The translations under genes and the position numbers were made by a program. Below are positions 12,967-23,482 of a stretch of DNA of 64,000 nucleotides, piece by piece; the stretch's first letter is position 1; each line of letters starts with the position of its first letter. The notes below the pieces were generated by a model. The model did not search any database, had not been told where the DNA came from, and saw nothing but the letters and a program-made list of their open reading frames with translations. The DNA comes from Eledone cirrhosa (lineage: Eukaryota), in NCBI GenBank assembly GCA_964016885.1, contig OZ024743.1, positions 369,334,001 through 369,398,000 on the forward strand, in the 5' to 3' direction.

Positions 12967-13243
12967 TAACTTTGCCTTTCATCCTTACGGGATCGATAAA
13001 ATAAAGTACCAGTAATACACTGGGATAATTGCTGGCCTTGTGCCTAAAGTAGAAACAATTATTATTATTAATAATAATGGCGGTGGATTGGCTGCTTTGC
13101 AGCATATAGTTATGGCCCTTTACATTCAGAGTTCAAATCCACTGCAGTCGATAAAATAAAGCACCAGTAATGCACCGGGGTCGATTTAATCAACTTCACC
13201 CCCACCCCTCAAATTGCTGGCCTAGTTAGAGACCATTATTATT
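12967..13243 (+). mobile_element. Two further partial family-A SINE copies in tandem
   Basis: 12967-13070 has core plus tail; 13077-13243 has the head ggcggtggattgg...gagttcaaatcc with an internal deletion. Confidence 0.75.
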
Positions 13244-13649
13244 AAGAAAGTGTAGAAATTAAAGAATTTATATAAAAGGTGGGTGGTCCATGTTCGATTT
13301 GCCGAATTTGGAGAGTGGGTTGTGGGTTGGTTTAGCAGGAGTCATAAGTGCAGCTTGGCATTCAGTTTAGGGTGTTTTCTCAGTGTTTTGTGGACTGATT
13401 GGTACAATAATGGTCTTATTTACATTTATATAAATGATATTTGGCTTCTTGTTTTGATAGATAATAGTTTAATAATGGTTTATTGCGCAGTATAGTGGTG
13501 TCTAACTTGAACTCAGTATAATTCAAATGAACTTTTAAACCACATAACCATTCCTGTGCCCACAAGTTAGTAACCATCGACAATGATGTTAAATCAACAC
13601 AGATATGAGGAACGCAGTATAATTAAAGATAACAAAGTAAAATCTTGAA

Positions 13650-13870
13650 CCCTTTAGCATTTAAACCAGCCGAATCCGGCCAGAATTCTCTCACCTCTTT
13701 CTGTTCAAACCGGCTGTAACTGGCCACTTATACTGATATTAAGGTATGGTTCTCAAAATAAATAATATCAAAATTTAATAGATTCGATATTAAGTAGGAT
13801 AATTATGTTCGGTAAAGCCTTTATCGTGAAAATATAATTGTATATATATAGTAATGTAAATGCTAAAGGG
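13650..13870. mobile_element. piggyBac-type MITE
   Basis: TIRs ccctttagcattta / taaatgctaaaggg; right flank TTAA, left flank TGAA. Confidence 0.8.
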
Positions 13871-13944
13871 TTAATCCTGATTGAGCAAATCTATGATCAA
13901 ATCCATTCCAGCCATCACTATTTGGTCTCTTCAGGAGCCTCCAG

Positions 13945-14596
13945 GACTATATCACATCCAACACTATATCTTATCAAGACTATATATTATCCAAGACTAT
14001 ATCTTATCAAGACTATATCTTATCAAGACTATATATTATCCAACACTATATATTATCCAACACTATATATTATCCAACACTATATCTTATCAACACTATA
14101 TATTATCCAACACTATATATTATCCAACACTATGTATTAAGACTATATCTTATCAACACTATATATTATTCAAGACTATATCTTATCAACACTATATATT
14201 ATTCAAGACTATATATTATCAACACTATATATTAACACTATATATTATCAACACTATATATTAACACCACTATATATTGACATTATATATTATCCAACAC
14301 TATATATTATCAACACTATATCTTATCCAACACTATATATTATAAATACTGTATATTATCCAACACTATATAATATCCAACACTATATATTATAAATACT
14401 ATATATTATAAATACTATATATTATCCAACACTATATAATATCCAACACTATATATTATCCAACGCTATATATTATCAAGACTATATATCAACCAAGACT
14501 ATATATCAACCAAGACTATATATTATCAACACTATATATTAACACTTTATGTTATCAATACTATATATCATCCGACACTACATATCATCCAAGACA
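13945..14596. repeat. Minisatellite, ~20-21-bp unit (tatccaacactatatat and variants)
   Basis: About 30 degenerate tandem units read directly. Confidence 0.9.
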
Positions 14597-14602
14597 TGAA
14601 CA

Positions 14603-14818
14603 CAGTTGGCCTAGTGTTTATAGTGTTGCACTCACTTTCATAATGTTGTGGGTTCGATTCCTGTTCAAGGTTGTATGCTGTGTTCTTTGGTGCGATGCTT
14701 CATTTCATGTTGCTTTTTATGATAAGACAGGGGCTACCAAGATAAAAACACTCCTATGAGATCCAACTATGTAGGAGGCCAGCTAAACTTGCATAGGTGT
14801 GAGCTGTAAATTTCATTT
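14603..14818 (+). mobile_element. Old tRNA-derived SINE (family C)
   Basis: A box tggcctagtgttt, B box ggttcgattcc; its tail ggagg.ca.ctaaac.tgcatagg..tgag.tgtaaatttcattt is shared with 16695-16915. Confidence 0.55.
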
Positions 14819-14962
14819 GTTTTGTTTTGTAAAGGCTCTCTTGTTAGCTTATCATAGTTTAGGTGGTTTTAAATATGTTCAGACTGAATGGTAGCATGAT
14901 GGTAACATGGATATATCTAGACAAAGACTATAACATTCTGGAATGAAGCAGAGATTTGTTAA

Positions 14963-15267
14963 CCCTTTTGTTACCATATTTCTATGGTTTTTGAATAATT
15001 TTGAAAAATATCAAGAATTTAGAGGGATTTAGGAATGTAACTTTCTAATTATTAAACTGGTGTTTGGAACATAATTTAACAAAAGATTTTATATAAATTA
15101 TGATGGAAAGTTTTTAGATAAATATAAACAATTTTGTATCATTGAACCAGTGGCTGTTTCAGGTAGTTTGGAACATAACTTATTTAGATAAATATAAACA
15201 CTTGAAAATAAACAGGAGAGTAATTGTAAAACCATGGTCTATTTAAGGCTGTTTGGTATCAAACGGA
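14963..15267. mobile_element. Second piggyBac-type MITE
   Basis: TTAA-cccttttgttacc ... ggtatcaaacgga-TTAA; imperfect TIRs. Confidence 0.55.
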
Positions 15268-15531
15268 TTAAAAAAATAAACAAATAACTCCTTGAATGTG
15301 GAGTAATCCCTAACTCAAATATAGTAGGGCACCGTGTATAGGGGTGGTATAGGACTTATGTCTGTGAGTCAGCATAAATTCAATTTACAACCTACCATCC
15401 AGCCTCAGAGAATTCATCAGGTTTTATCTTGTCCCAAGTATAATTCAATAAAGTAAAACCAATAGTATTAGGATCAATGTAATGATTTAGAAAATCAATG
15501 TATTTATGAAAAGAAATATTTTTTCCTATCT

Positions 15532-15532
<1 letters not shown>

Positions 15533-15605
<73 letters not shown>
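15533..15605. repeat. (GT)n microsatellite
   Basis: Direct reading. Confidence 0.95.
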
Positions 15606-15610
<5 letters not shown>

Positions 15611-15665
15611 AGGAGATAAAATGAGAGAGAGAGAGAGAAATTGGGAGGAAAAAATTGTGAAACAC

Positions 15666-16644
15666 CCCATTTCGGCCACTTGTATTCCTGATCGTTTTCT
15701 TTCAGTCATTACCCATGATTCATGACCATAGGTAAGTGTTGGCAAAATACTGAATTGAAGATAGCGAGTTTGGCTTTTATGCCTACCTCCCTTCTTCTGA
15801 TTACTGAATGCTGAAGCTGGTGCATTACTGCACCAGCTCTTGCAATTCTTGCACTTAGTTCAACCTCTTGCCTTCCATCACTTGTGAACACGGCCCCAAG
15901 ATATTTGCCTGTTTCAGTGGAAGTCCATTCACATGTAGAGTGCACTGTGCAGGCTTCCTTGCGAGGATGAGCATCTCAGTTTTTGCAGCGCTGATTTTCA
16001 TTCCAGCCATGCAACACTCGGCATCAAACCTATTGAGTGCAAGTCGAAGATCACCTTCTGTTGAGTTAAGTGACACCATATCTGCAAATTCTAGTTGACT
16101 GATTTTATACTGGCCAGCCATGATGCCACTTCCAACCTGTAAATAATCAACAGGAAAGGTGATACTACGCACCCTTGGTGGAGTTCGACTCCCACATTAA
16201 ATGGTTTCGATTTAGCACCATTTATCCAAACACAAATACTTGGGCATTCGTATAGAAACATCAGGGCATCAAGAAGCTGACCATTGATCCTATACACCTG
16301 CAGAACCTTCCACAGCAGGTCCTGAGGGAGGTGTGGATTTCTCCGATGGGTCTTTGGAGTAATGTTACTTGATAAAGTGCATAGCTTGGAGATCTATGAG
16401 CATATGGTTAGAATGTCTCAGGGAAGAATTGCTGGACAGATTTTATGGGCAAAATTAATTGGCAGTAGATCCAGGAGTAGACCCCAAGCAAGATGGTTGG
16501 ATAACATCCATGAGCTTGGTTGGTCTCGCTTGGTGATTTAGCCGGATCAGTTGGAGACTGTTGCTTCTGACTGGACCAGCTGGATGGAGTGTTTGAGGAC
16601 TTTGCCCCTATGACCCTCACAGGAATAAGTGGGCGAAGAAGAAG
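15666..16644. mobile_element. Rex3/Expander-like RTE LINE with an inverted 5' portion
   Basis: 15666-16326 (-): KYLGAVFTSDGRQE...AKLAIFNSVF, PTLTYGHESWVMTERKRSGIQVAEMG. 16327-16644 (+): GFLRWVFGV...HMVRMSQGR...RSRPQARWLDNIHELGWSRL and a (GAA)n tail. TSD-like aattg(tg)aaacac on both sides. Confidence 0.85.
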
Positions 16645-16694
16645 AATTGAAACACAGGCAGTGTCTTTGATGGGAAAAACAAAAGTGATTTAAT

Positions 16695-16915
16695 TGAGTG
16701 GCTTAGCAATTATGGTGCTTGATGGCTGATCATGTGGCCATGGGCTCAATTCCTGGACCCGGTGACACATTGAGATCTTGAACAAGCTACTTCAATTCAC
16801 ATTACTTTTCATGATAGGACCGAAATTCCTATCATTAAAATACCTGAAACACCTGAGATGCCACCTCATAGGAGGTCAACTAAACCTGCATAGGTTTGAG
16901 TGTAAATTTCATTTC
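16695..16915 (+). mobile_element. Old tRNA-derived SINE (family C), second copy
   Basis: Degenerate A/B boxes, CORE-like cttgaacaagctactt, and the tail shared with 14603-14818. Confidence 0.55.
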
Positions 16916-18049
16916 ACAGTATAGGTTGCGTTGCATGATTTTAGAGAAAATTGATCTAATAATAATTTTTATTGTAGGACTAATTTCTTTGTGTGTTGCC
17001 ATCTGTTTTTATATTTTGTCATACTAACTAATGACCTGAATTGTTATTAGTTAGGAAATGGTCCTTAACTCATAATGGAGTCATAGGGATACCGTCCTTA
17101 CACACAATATGTTTTGGGTATTTTAATCCGGCAGAGGCCACCCCTCGCGATTTCTGAGAGAGAGACAGAAAAAAACACACACACACACATACAGAGAGAG
17201 ACAGAGAGAGAATTGATACCAGTACTATACTGCTAGTTATTTATCGACCTTGAAAAGCTGAAAGGCAAAAAATACTTAATCCGGATCACACTATGCTGGA
17301 ACAAATACTGAAACATTCATAATCCAACACACCAACTACTCCACCAGTTCACTACATTTAATTGTTAATAGGAACAGTTGAATAATTAAATATTAAATGA
17401 AATCTGGAGTGTGAGAAATAGGAGAGGTTTCCAAGGATCAGTTAGCAACATCTGTTTTGTGAGTTCAAGCTCCCTGCAATGTATCCAAGTTATATATCTA
17501 CACGCGCGCGCGGCTGAATTTAATGGGGGTAGGCAATTGCTTCAGCCCCTTCCCCCCCCACACACACAGTAAGGAGGAGGAAACAGCAGTTTATTTATGC
17601 ACCCCCTCCCCCGTTGGACTTTTAATGTTTTCACTTTGACTACGAGAAATATATAGGTGTCATCATCATCGGTAATGATGATACCTATATAAAATTTAAT
17701 ATAGAAATGGCTTCTACAGGAATAGAACTTTCATTCGAAGGGATGATTTCCTTAGAATGTAACAGTTCTAGTAATGTAGAACCCATTTCTATATTAAATT
17801 TTGTATATACTCTACTAATGTATTGAGTACTTTACTTGCTGTGGTTACCCCTGATTGAACCCAGGTCTCATATATACACACACACACAGATACCACAGAC
17901 ACACACATAGGGATTGTAACGTCCAGTTACTGTAGGTTCACCCGAGTGAGCACTCGATGCATAGTTTCCAGTAAGTATAGAGGTGTAGAACTAAGCAGAG
18001 TGTAATAATAATAAAAAGGATATGTTATGTCTTCAATATGTTTATTAAG

Positions 18050-18130
18050 TAGTGACATGCGTTTCGCTATTGATCAACTCAAGGTCCTATCTGTAGCCCA
18101 ATTCTGGAATCAAAAGCTCATCGGACCTCT
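18050..18130 (-). ncRNA. Degenerate hammerhead-ribozyme-like motif (PLE terminus)
   Basis: Minus strand: cCGATGA-gcttttgat...atcaatagc-GAAA-cgcatGTC, followed by aataaa. Core reads CCGAUGA instead of CUGAUGA. Confidence 0.45.
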
Positions 18131-18346
18131 CTATATTGATATACATATTCAATCTGGTCTACCTTTCGCGGTAGGGTCTATACTGTAGTTAGAACTCAAT
18201 GTAATCTGTTAGAATGTAGTTCAGTGAGATTCGGTGATTAGTTCCGTTGGATATTAGGTACGTAAATCATAGGTTTGTATTTCGCTGAGTCAATCTTTTA
18301 GATACAGAGTCTGATATATTATATAATATTTTTTTTTAACAATGAT

Positions 18347-18611
18347 AACAAAGGTAAGTTATTTTACATATTCTATTCATTGTTTTACAATCGTTTCGGA
18401 GGGTTGGTCATATCGACATATTAACTGATCTATGGTTATATATGGGTTCGATCATACTGTTTCCGAAGTAGACGGTATGATCGAACCCATATAATGTCTG
18501 ATAGCATACAGTTCTATAACTGCTATAGATCAGTCAATATATCAATATGACCAACCCTCCGAAACAATCGTACAACAATGAATAGGATATGTAAAATAAT
18601 TTGCCTTTGTT
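18347..18611. repeat. Nested inverted repeat (~88-bp outer arms with an inner ~53-bp hairpin)
   Basis: 18347-18435 pairs with 18524-18611; the inner hairpin atatgggttcgatcatac...gtatgatcgaacccatat spans 18440-18492. Confidence 0.85.
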
Positions 18612-18776
18612 AAAAAAACTATTATATACATATCGACAGTCAATCGACAAGATTCCAGAACTCATTCGCTTAACGATTGGGGTGGAACTCGTCCAATTGG
18701 ACCGAGGAAACAATGTTTCTATTGGTCTTTCTAATTGCTAATACTATCTGTCGGTCGCAAATCCAGACAGAAAAAC

Positions 18777-18808
<32 letters not shown>

Positions 18809-19526
18809 ACACATACATATATATGTGTGTGTATATATATATATATATACATACATACATACATATACACACATATATAACACATACACACACACATAAA
18901 TATGTATACGCACAGACATATACATATACGTTCATACATAGTTTCACACACATGCACTTTTACTAAAATATTCTGCATTCAAGTTTTCTGTATCATATTT
19001 TCTGCAAAGAATCTCGCATGTATCAGATACAATTACAACAAGTACACACATGCACGGGCACACACACACACACAAATCGGTGTATTGAATAAAATGGAGC
19101 ATAGACCAGTTAAAATAATATACAAACTCACAAACTATTTAAAAAAAATCTCTTCTCTAATTATATATGATGTAACAAAGAAAATCTTGTTATATATTTT
19201 ATATACCGAAAACAAGACTAGCTTATATTTTTGGGTGGTGCTAACTGTAACCAGGCATGGTAAAGAAAACATGAATGTGTGTGTGTGTGTGATATTTTGT
19301 GGGAATAAAAAAATAAATATAGGAAGATAGTTTGAGACTTCTTGTGTAATGATGGATCTGTGTAAGGTTTTATTTTACTGTGTTAATAATTTGTGGTATA
19401 TTTATTTATATATTACATTTTATATTATATATTAGTCATGCAACACAAGATGTACATAGCATAACTTAATTTAAATAAAACAGTGGTTTGATATAAACCC
19501 CCTCTCTCTCTTTATATATATATATA

Positions 19527-20387
19527 CAGGGTGCGGACGATATCTGTTCGCAATTTTCAACTGCTAATTTTATGCAAATTTTTTTACTTCCGTTGTCACT
19601 CTTATCTTCATAAAAACAGTGACTATATTTCCATTATTTATTTTCAGAATAATTGATTATGAATAATTTGGAACCTCCAAATTTGTGGAAGAGACAGAGT
19701 TCTTCTTGGAATCCGCGCCGGGAGGACAAATAAGACCAGAAGATCAACTCCCAGAACAACAGGTGGCTCGCTGTCTCATCCAAAGACGTGCCCAGAGTCA
19801 TGCAGACAAAGTTTCCAGCGACAACATTGGTCTTAGGTGTCGTCAGCAGTCAAGGTGACGTCATGCCACCTCACTTCTTCCCTGAGGGCTTCAAGCTGAA
19901 CACTGATGGCTACATCCGCGTTCTGAGCGAGGTAGTAAAGCCCTTGATTGACCAGGTAGCTGCAGGTAGGCCGTACATGTGGCAGCAAGACTCAGCGCCC
20001 TGCCATACCAGCCAAAAGACCCAAGCCTGGCTGTCAGAGAATTTCGTCGACCACACTTCACCTGACATCTGGCCTCCCAGCTCGCCTGACTGCAACCCCC
20101 TCGACTTCTTTGTGTGGGGCGCAGTGGAACTAGACACCAACATCTAGCTGCAATATGAAAGACGATCTGAAGGCCAGGATCACAAGTGCCTTTAGGGGCC
20201 TAAGTCGGGGGACAGTGACAAAGGCCTGTAGCCGGTTCCGAGGCCGTCAGCAAAGCCAATGGCGGGTTTATCGAGTGAGATCGAAAGAACAAGTCATGAA
20301 GACAAACTGACCCAAGTTTGATAAATAAATCTTAAAAAATAAAACTACTGCGCTATTTTTTCCTAGACAAATATTGTCCGCACCCTG
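19527..20387 (+). mobile_element. Internally deleted maT (DD37D) Tc1/mariner transposon
   Basis: TA-cagggtgcggac...gtccgcaccctg-TA termini. ORF 19788-20147 has QQDSAPCH...WPPSSPDCNPLD with 37 residues between the last two catalytic Asp. Confidence 0.9.
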
Positions 20388-20710
20388 TATATATATTGGA
20401 AAAGTAAATAACAACAAGGAGTACATATATATATATATATATATATAAAACAAAGAAAGTGTGTTAAGATACCAGGTAGAACATAACGCACCATATATTT
20501 CATATATATGATCAAAACCATGAGGATGAGAAGGGACTGTCCTATGTTTCATCTGTTTTTCCATTGACTTCACCCACCTTTTCTGTATTAGATCCTATGC
20601 TACACAGGACATTCTTTGCCTAAACTTTAATCTACACTAATAATACATATATATATATATATATATATTATATATGAATATAAAACACACTCTCCCTCTC
20701 TCTTTCTCTC

Positions 20711-20742
<32 letters not shown>

Positions 20743-20745
<3 letters not shown>

Positions 20746-21012
20746 TCATCATCATTTTTACGTCCGCTTTTCCCTGCTTGCAAGGGTGGGACGGGAATTG
20801 ATTCTGGCTTGATTTCTACAGCTGGATGCCCTTCCTAACACCAACCTCATTTACAGTGAGTGCTGGGTGCTTTTTTGCCGTGGCACCTCCACGACCACTT
20901 TGCAGTGGAATGATATGGACCCCAGTCCCTATCATCTCATTTCTACAGCTGAGTAAACTGGAGCAATGTGAAATAAAGTGTCTTGCTCAAGGAAACAACA
21001 CATCACCCGGTC
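20743..21012 (-). mobile_element. 5'-truncated RTE-tailed CORE-like SINE (family B)
   Basis: Near-identical reverse complement of 46327-46601. Confidence 0.85.
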
Positions 21013-21029
21013 TATATATATATATATAT

Positions 21030-21517
21030 AATTGAAAAAGTAGAGAATAACATGGTCAACAGTACAAAAAAGGGGATTTATTTACAGTTTAACAATTGTT
21101 TCTCTGATATATAAGGGATAACAAAATATTGTTATAGGTAATCCAGTTAGAGGTTGTGAATACTTCTTATTATAGATAGTTTTAGCATACAGCGTTGTTT
21201 GACTCAACAAGATGTTTACGTAGATAACGAGTTTATGATTTCACTTGTATTCCTATGTAAGTTTATCTTGGAATAATAAAATTGAAAAAGTGGAGAATAA
21301 CATGGTCAACAGTACAAAAAAGGGGATTTATTTACAGTCTGATCAGAGAAACAATTTTTACACTGTAAATATATCCCCTTTTTTGTACTGTTGACCATGT
21401 TATTCTCTACTTTTTCAATTTTATTACTCCAAGATTAACTTACATAGGAATACAAGTGAAATCACGAACTCGTCATCTACGTAAACATCTTGTTGAGTCA
21501 AACAACGCCGTATGCTA
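21030..21517. repeat. Direct plus inverted repeat complex (~155-bp fold-back)
   Basis: 21182-21338 pairs with 21362-21517. The ~60-bp unit aattgaaaaagtagagaataacatggtcaacag also occurs directly at 21030. Confidence 0.85.
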
Positions 21518-21715
21518 ATGTTGTCGCTGGAAACTTTGTCTGCATGACTCTGGGCTTGTCTTTGGATGAGACAGCGAGCCACCTGTTGTTCTGGGAGTTG
21601 ATCTTCTGGTCTTGGCAGAAGATTTTCTCGTCGGAGGAAAAAAACCACAGCATGTCTGGCTCCAGTGTGTATTTCAAATTGTTGATCAGCTTCTTTGCGT
21701 GCTTCAGTCGCTTTT
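21518..21715 (-). mobile_element. maT transposase fragment (same family as 19527-20387)
   Basis: KRLKHAKKLINNLK...WFF(S)SDEK...QDQKINSQNNRWLA...RVMQTKFPAT; overlaps the sequence at 19730-19827. Confidence 0.85.
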
Positions 21716-22187
21716 AATGATCTTTTTCAGTTTTAACGTTACCCTCATTAGCATATTCATCTTGTGATTGTAAGTTTTTCTTCTCTATTCAAATAGAACT
21801 CACAACATTAAATTCTTGTCTGAATATGTCACTATCTGTAAACCAACTTTTGTATTTTATCTGATGAGTGCGTACCAAAATTTTGGTACCCTTGAACTAT
21901 ATATAATAAAATAAATATAGTTTTATAAGGATTGTTTCCATTTATTAATATTATTGATATATGTATGTATTTATATATATATATATATGTGTATATATAT
22001 ATATGTATGTATATGAATATATATATGTATATCATCATCATCATCATCAGATGATGATGTATATATATATGTATGTATATATATATATATATATATGTAT
22101 GTATATATATATATATATATGTATGTATATATATATATATATGTATGTATATATATATATATATGTATGTATATATATATATATGTG

Positions 22188-22222
<35 letters not shown>

Positions 22223-23482
22223 AAAGATTGGTGCAGTAGCATCATTGTCAACTGCTACAAAGGTAAAGGTGATGCACTAGATAGAGGAAACTATAGAGGT
22301 ATAAAGCTGATGGACCAAGTCATGAAAGTAACAGAAAGAGTTATAGCACAGTTGATTAGGGACCGGGTGAAACTAGACGAGATGCAATTTGGGTTTGTAC
22401 CAGGAAGAGGCACCACTGATGCCCTCTTCCTTGTGAGGCAGTTACAGGAAAAGTACCTAGCTAAAAGTAAGCCACTCTACCTGGCATTCGTCGACCTTGA
22501 GAAAGCCTTTGACAGAGTTCCACGTGCTGTAATCTGGTGGGCTCTTAGAAAACTAGGAGTAGATGAATGGCTTGTGAAAGCGATACAAGCCATGTATAGG
22601 GGAGCAGTCAGCAAAGTTAGGATTAGCAATGAGTATAGCGAGGAATTTAGCGTACAGGTCGGGGTCCACCAGGGCTCTGTTCTTAGCCCCCTCCTGTTCA
22701 TCATAGTCCTGCAGGCAATAACGGAGGAGTTCAAGACCGGATGCCCATGGGAACTCCTGTATGCTGATGACCTCGCACTTACAGCTGAATCTATGGTAGA
22801 ACTAGAGAAGAAATTCCAAACTTGGAAGCAGGGACTAGAAAGAAAGGGTCTCAAAGTCAACATGACAAAGACTAAGGTCCTTGTAAGTAGACGAGAAAAC
22901 AGAACCCAGATCCCCTCAGGGAAATGGCCTTGCTCAGTATGTAGGAAAGGTGTAGGTAAGAACTCCATTCTCTGCCCAAATGCAAACAATGGGTACACAA
23001 GAGATGTAGCGGGATCTCAGGAAGCTTAATTAAGAATGTAGGCTTCACATGCAGCAGCTGTGCTGGGGCAGCAATCAGCCACAGGAAACAAGTACCACCA
23101 ATCTCTGGGAGGGCTTGGTAGAAAAAGTAGACAGCTTCTGCTACCTAGGTGACCGAATTAGCAGCGGAGGTGGGTGTTCAGAAAGTACAATAACTAGGGT
23201 CAGAACGGGATGGAAGAAGTTTAGGGAACTACTACCACTGCTAGCTGCAAAAGGCTTCTCCCTCAAAATGAAAGGCAGACTGTATGATGCGTGTATCCGA
23301 ACAGCGATGTTGCATGGTAGTGAGACCTGGGCGCTGAAGGTGGAAGACTTACGTAGATTAGAGAGAAACGAAGCCTGCATGCTCCGATGGATGTGTAATA
23401 GTAATATACGCGAACGACAAAGTATAAATGAATTGAGAGAGAGACTGAGCATAAGAGGAATCAAATGCTGTGTGCAGGAGAG
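22223..23482 (+). mobile_element. RTE LINE (PHD family), internal copy 3 (RT)
   Basis: [49 protein letters not shown] and the PHD start; frameshift near 22980; ends abruptly at the PLE. Confidence 0.92.

Noticed and set aside
13945-14596. CRISPR-like periodicity (also 40614-40950 and 61640-62160)
   Set aside because: Head-to-tail tandem units without unique spacers, no cas genes, eukaryotic context.
15392-15530. Possible minus-strand exon (IGKNISFHKYIDFLNHYIDPNTIGFTLLNYTWDKIKPDEFSEAGW) with gtaggt donor
   Set aside because: The acceptor is preceded by (CA)n rather than a polypyrimidine tract, and no homology is recognised; insufficient support.
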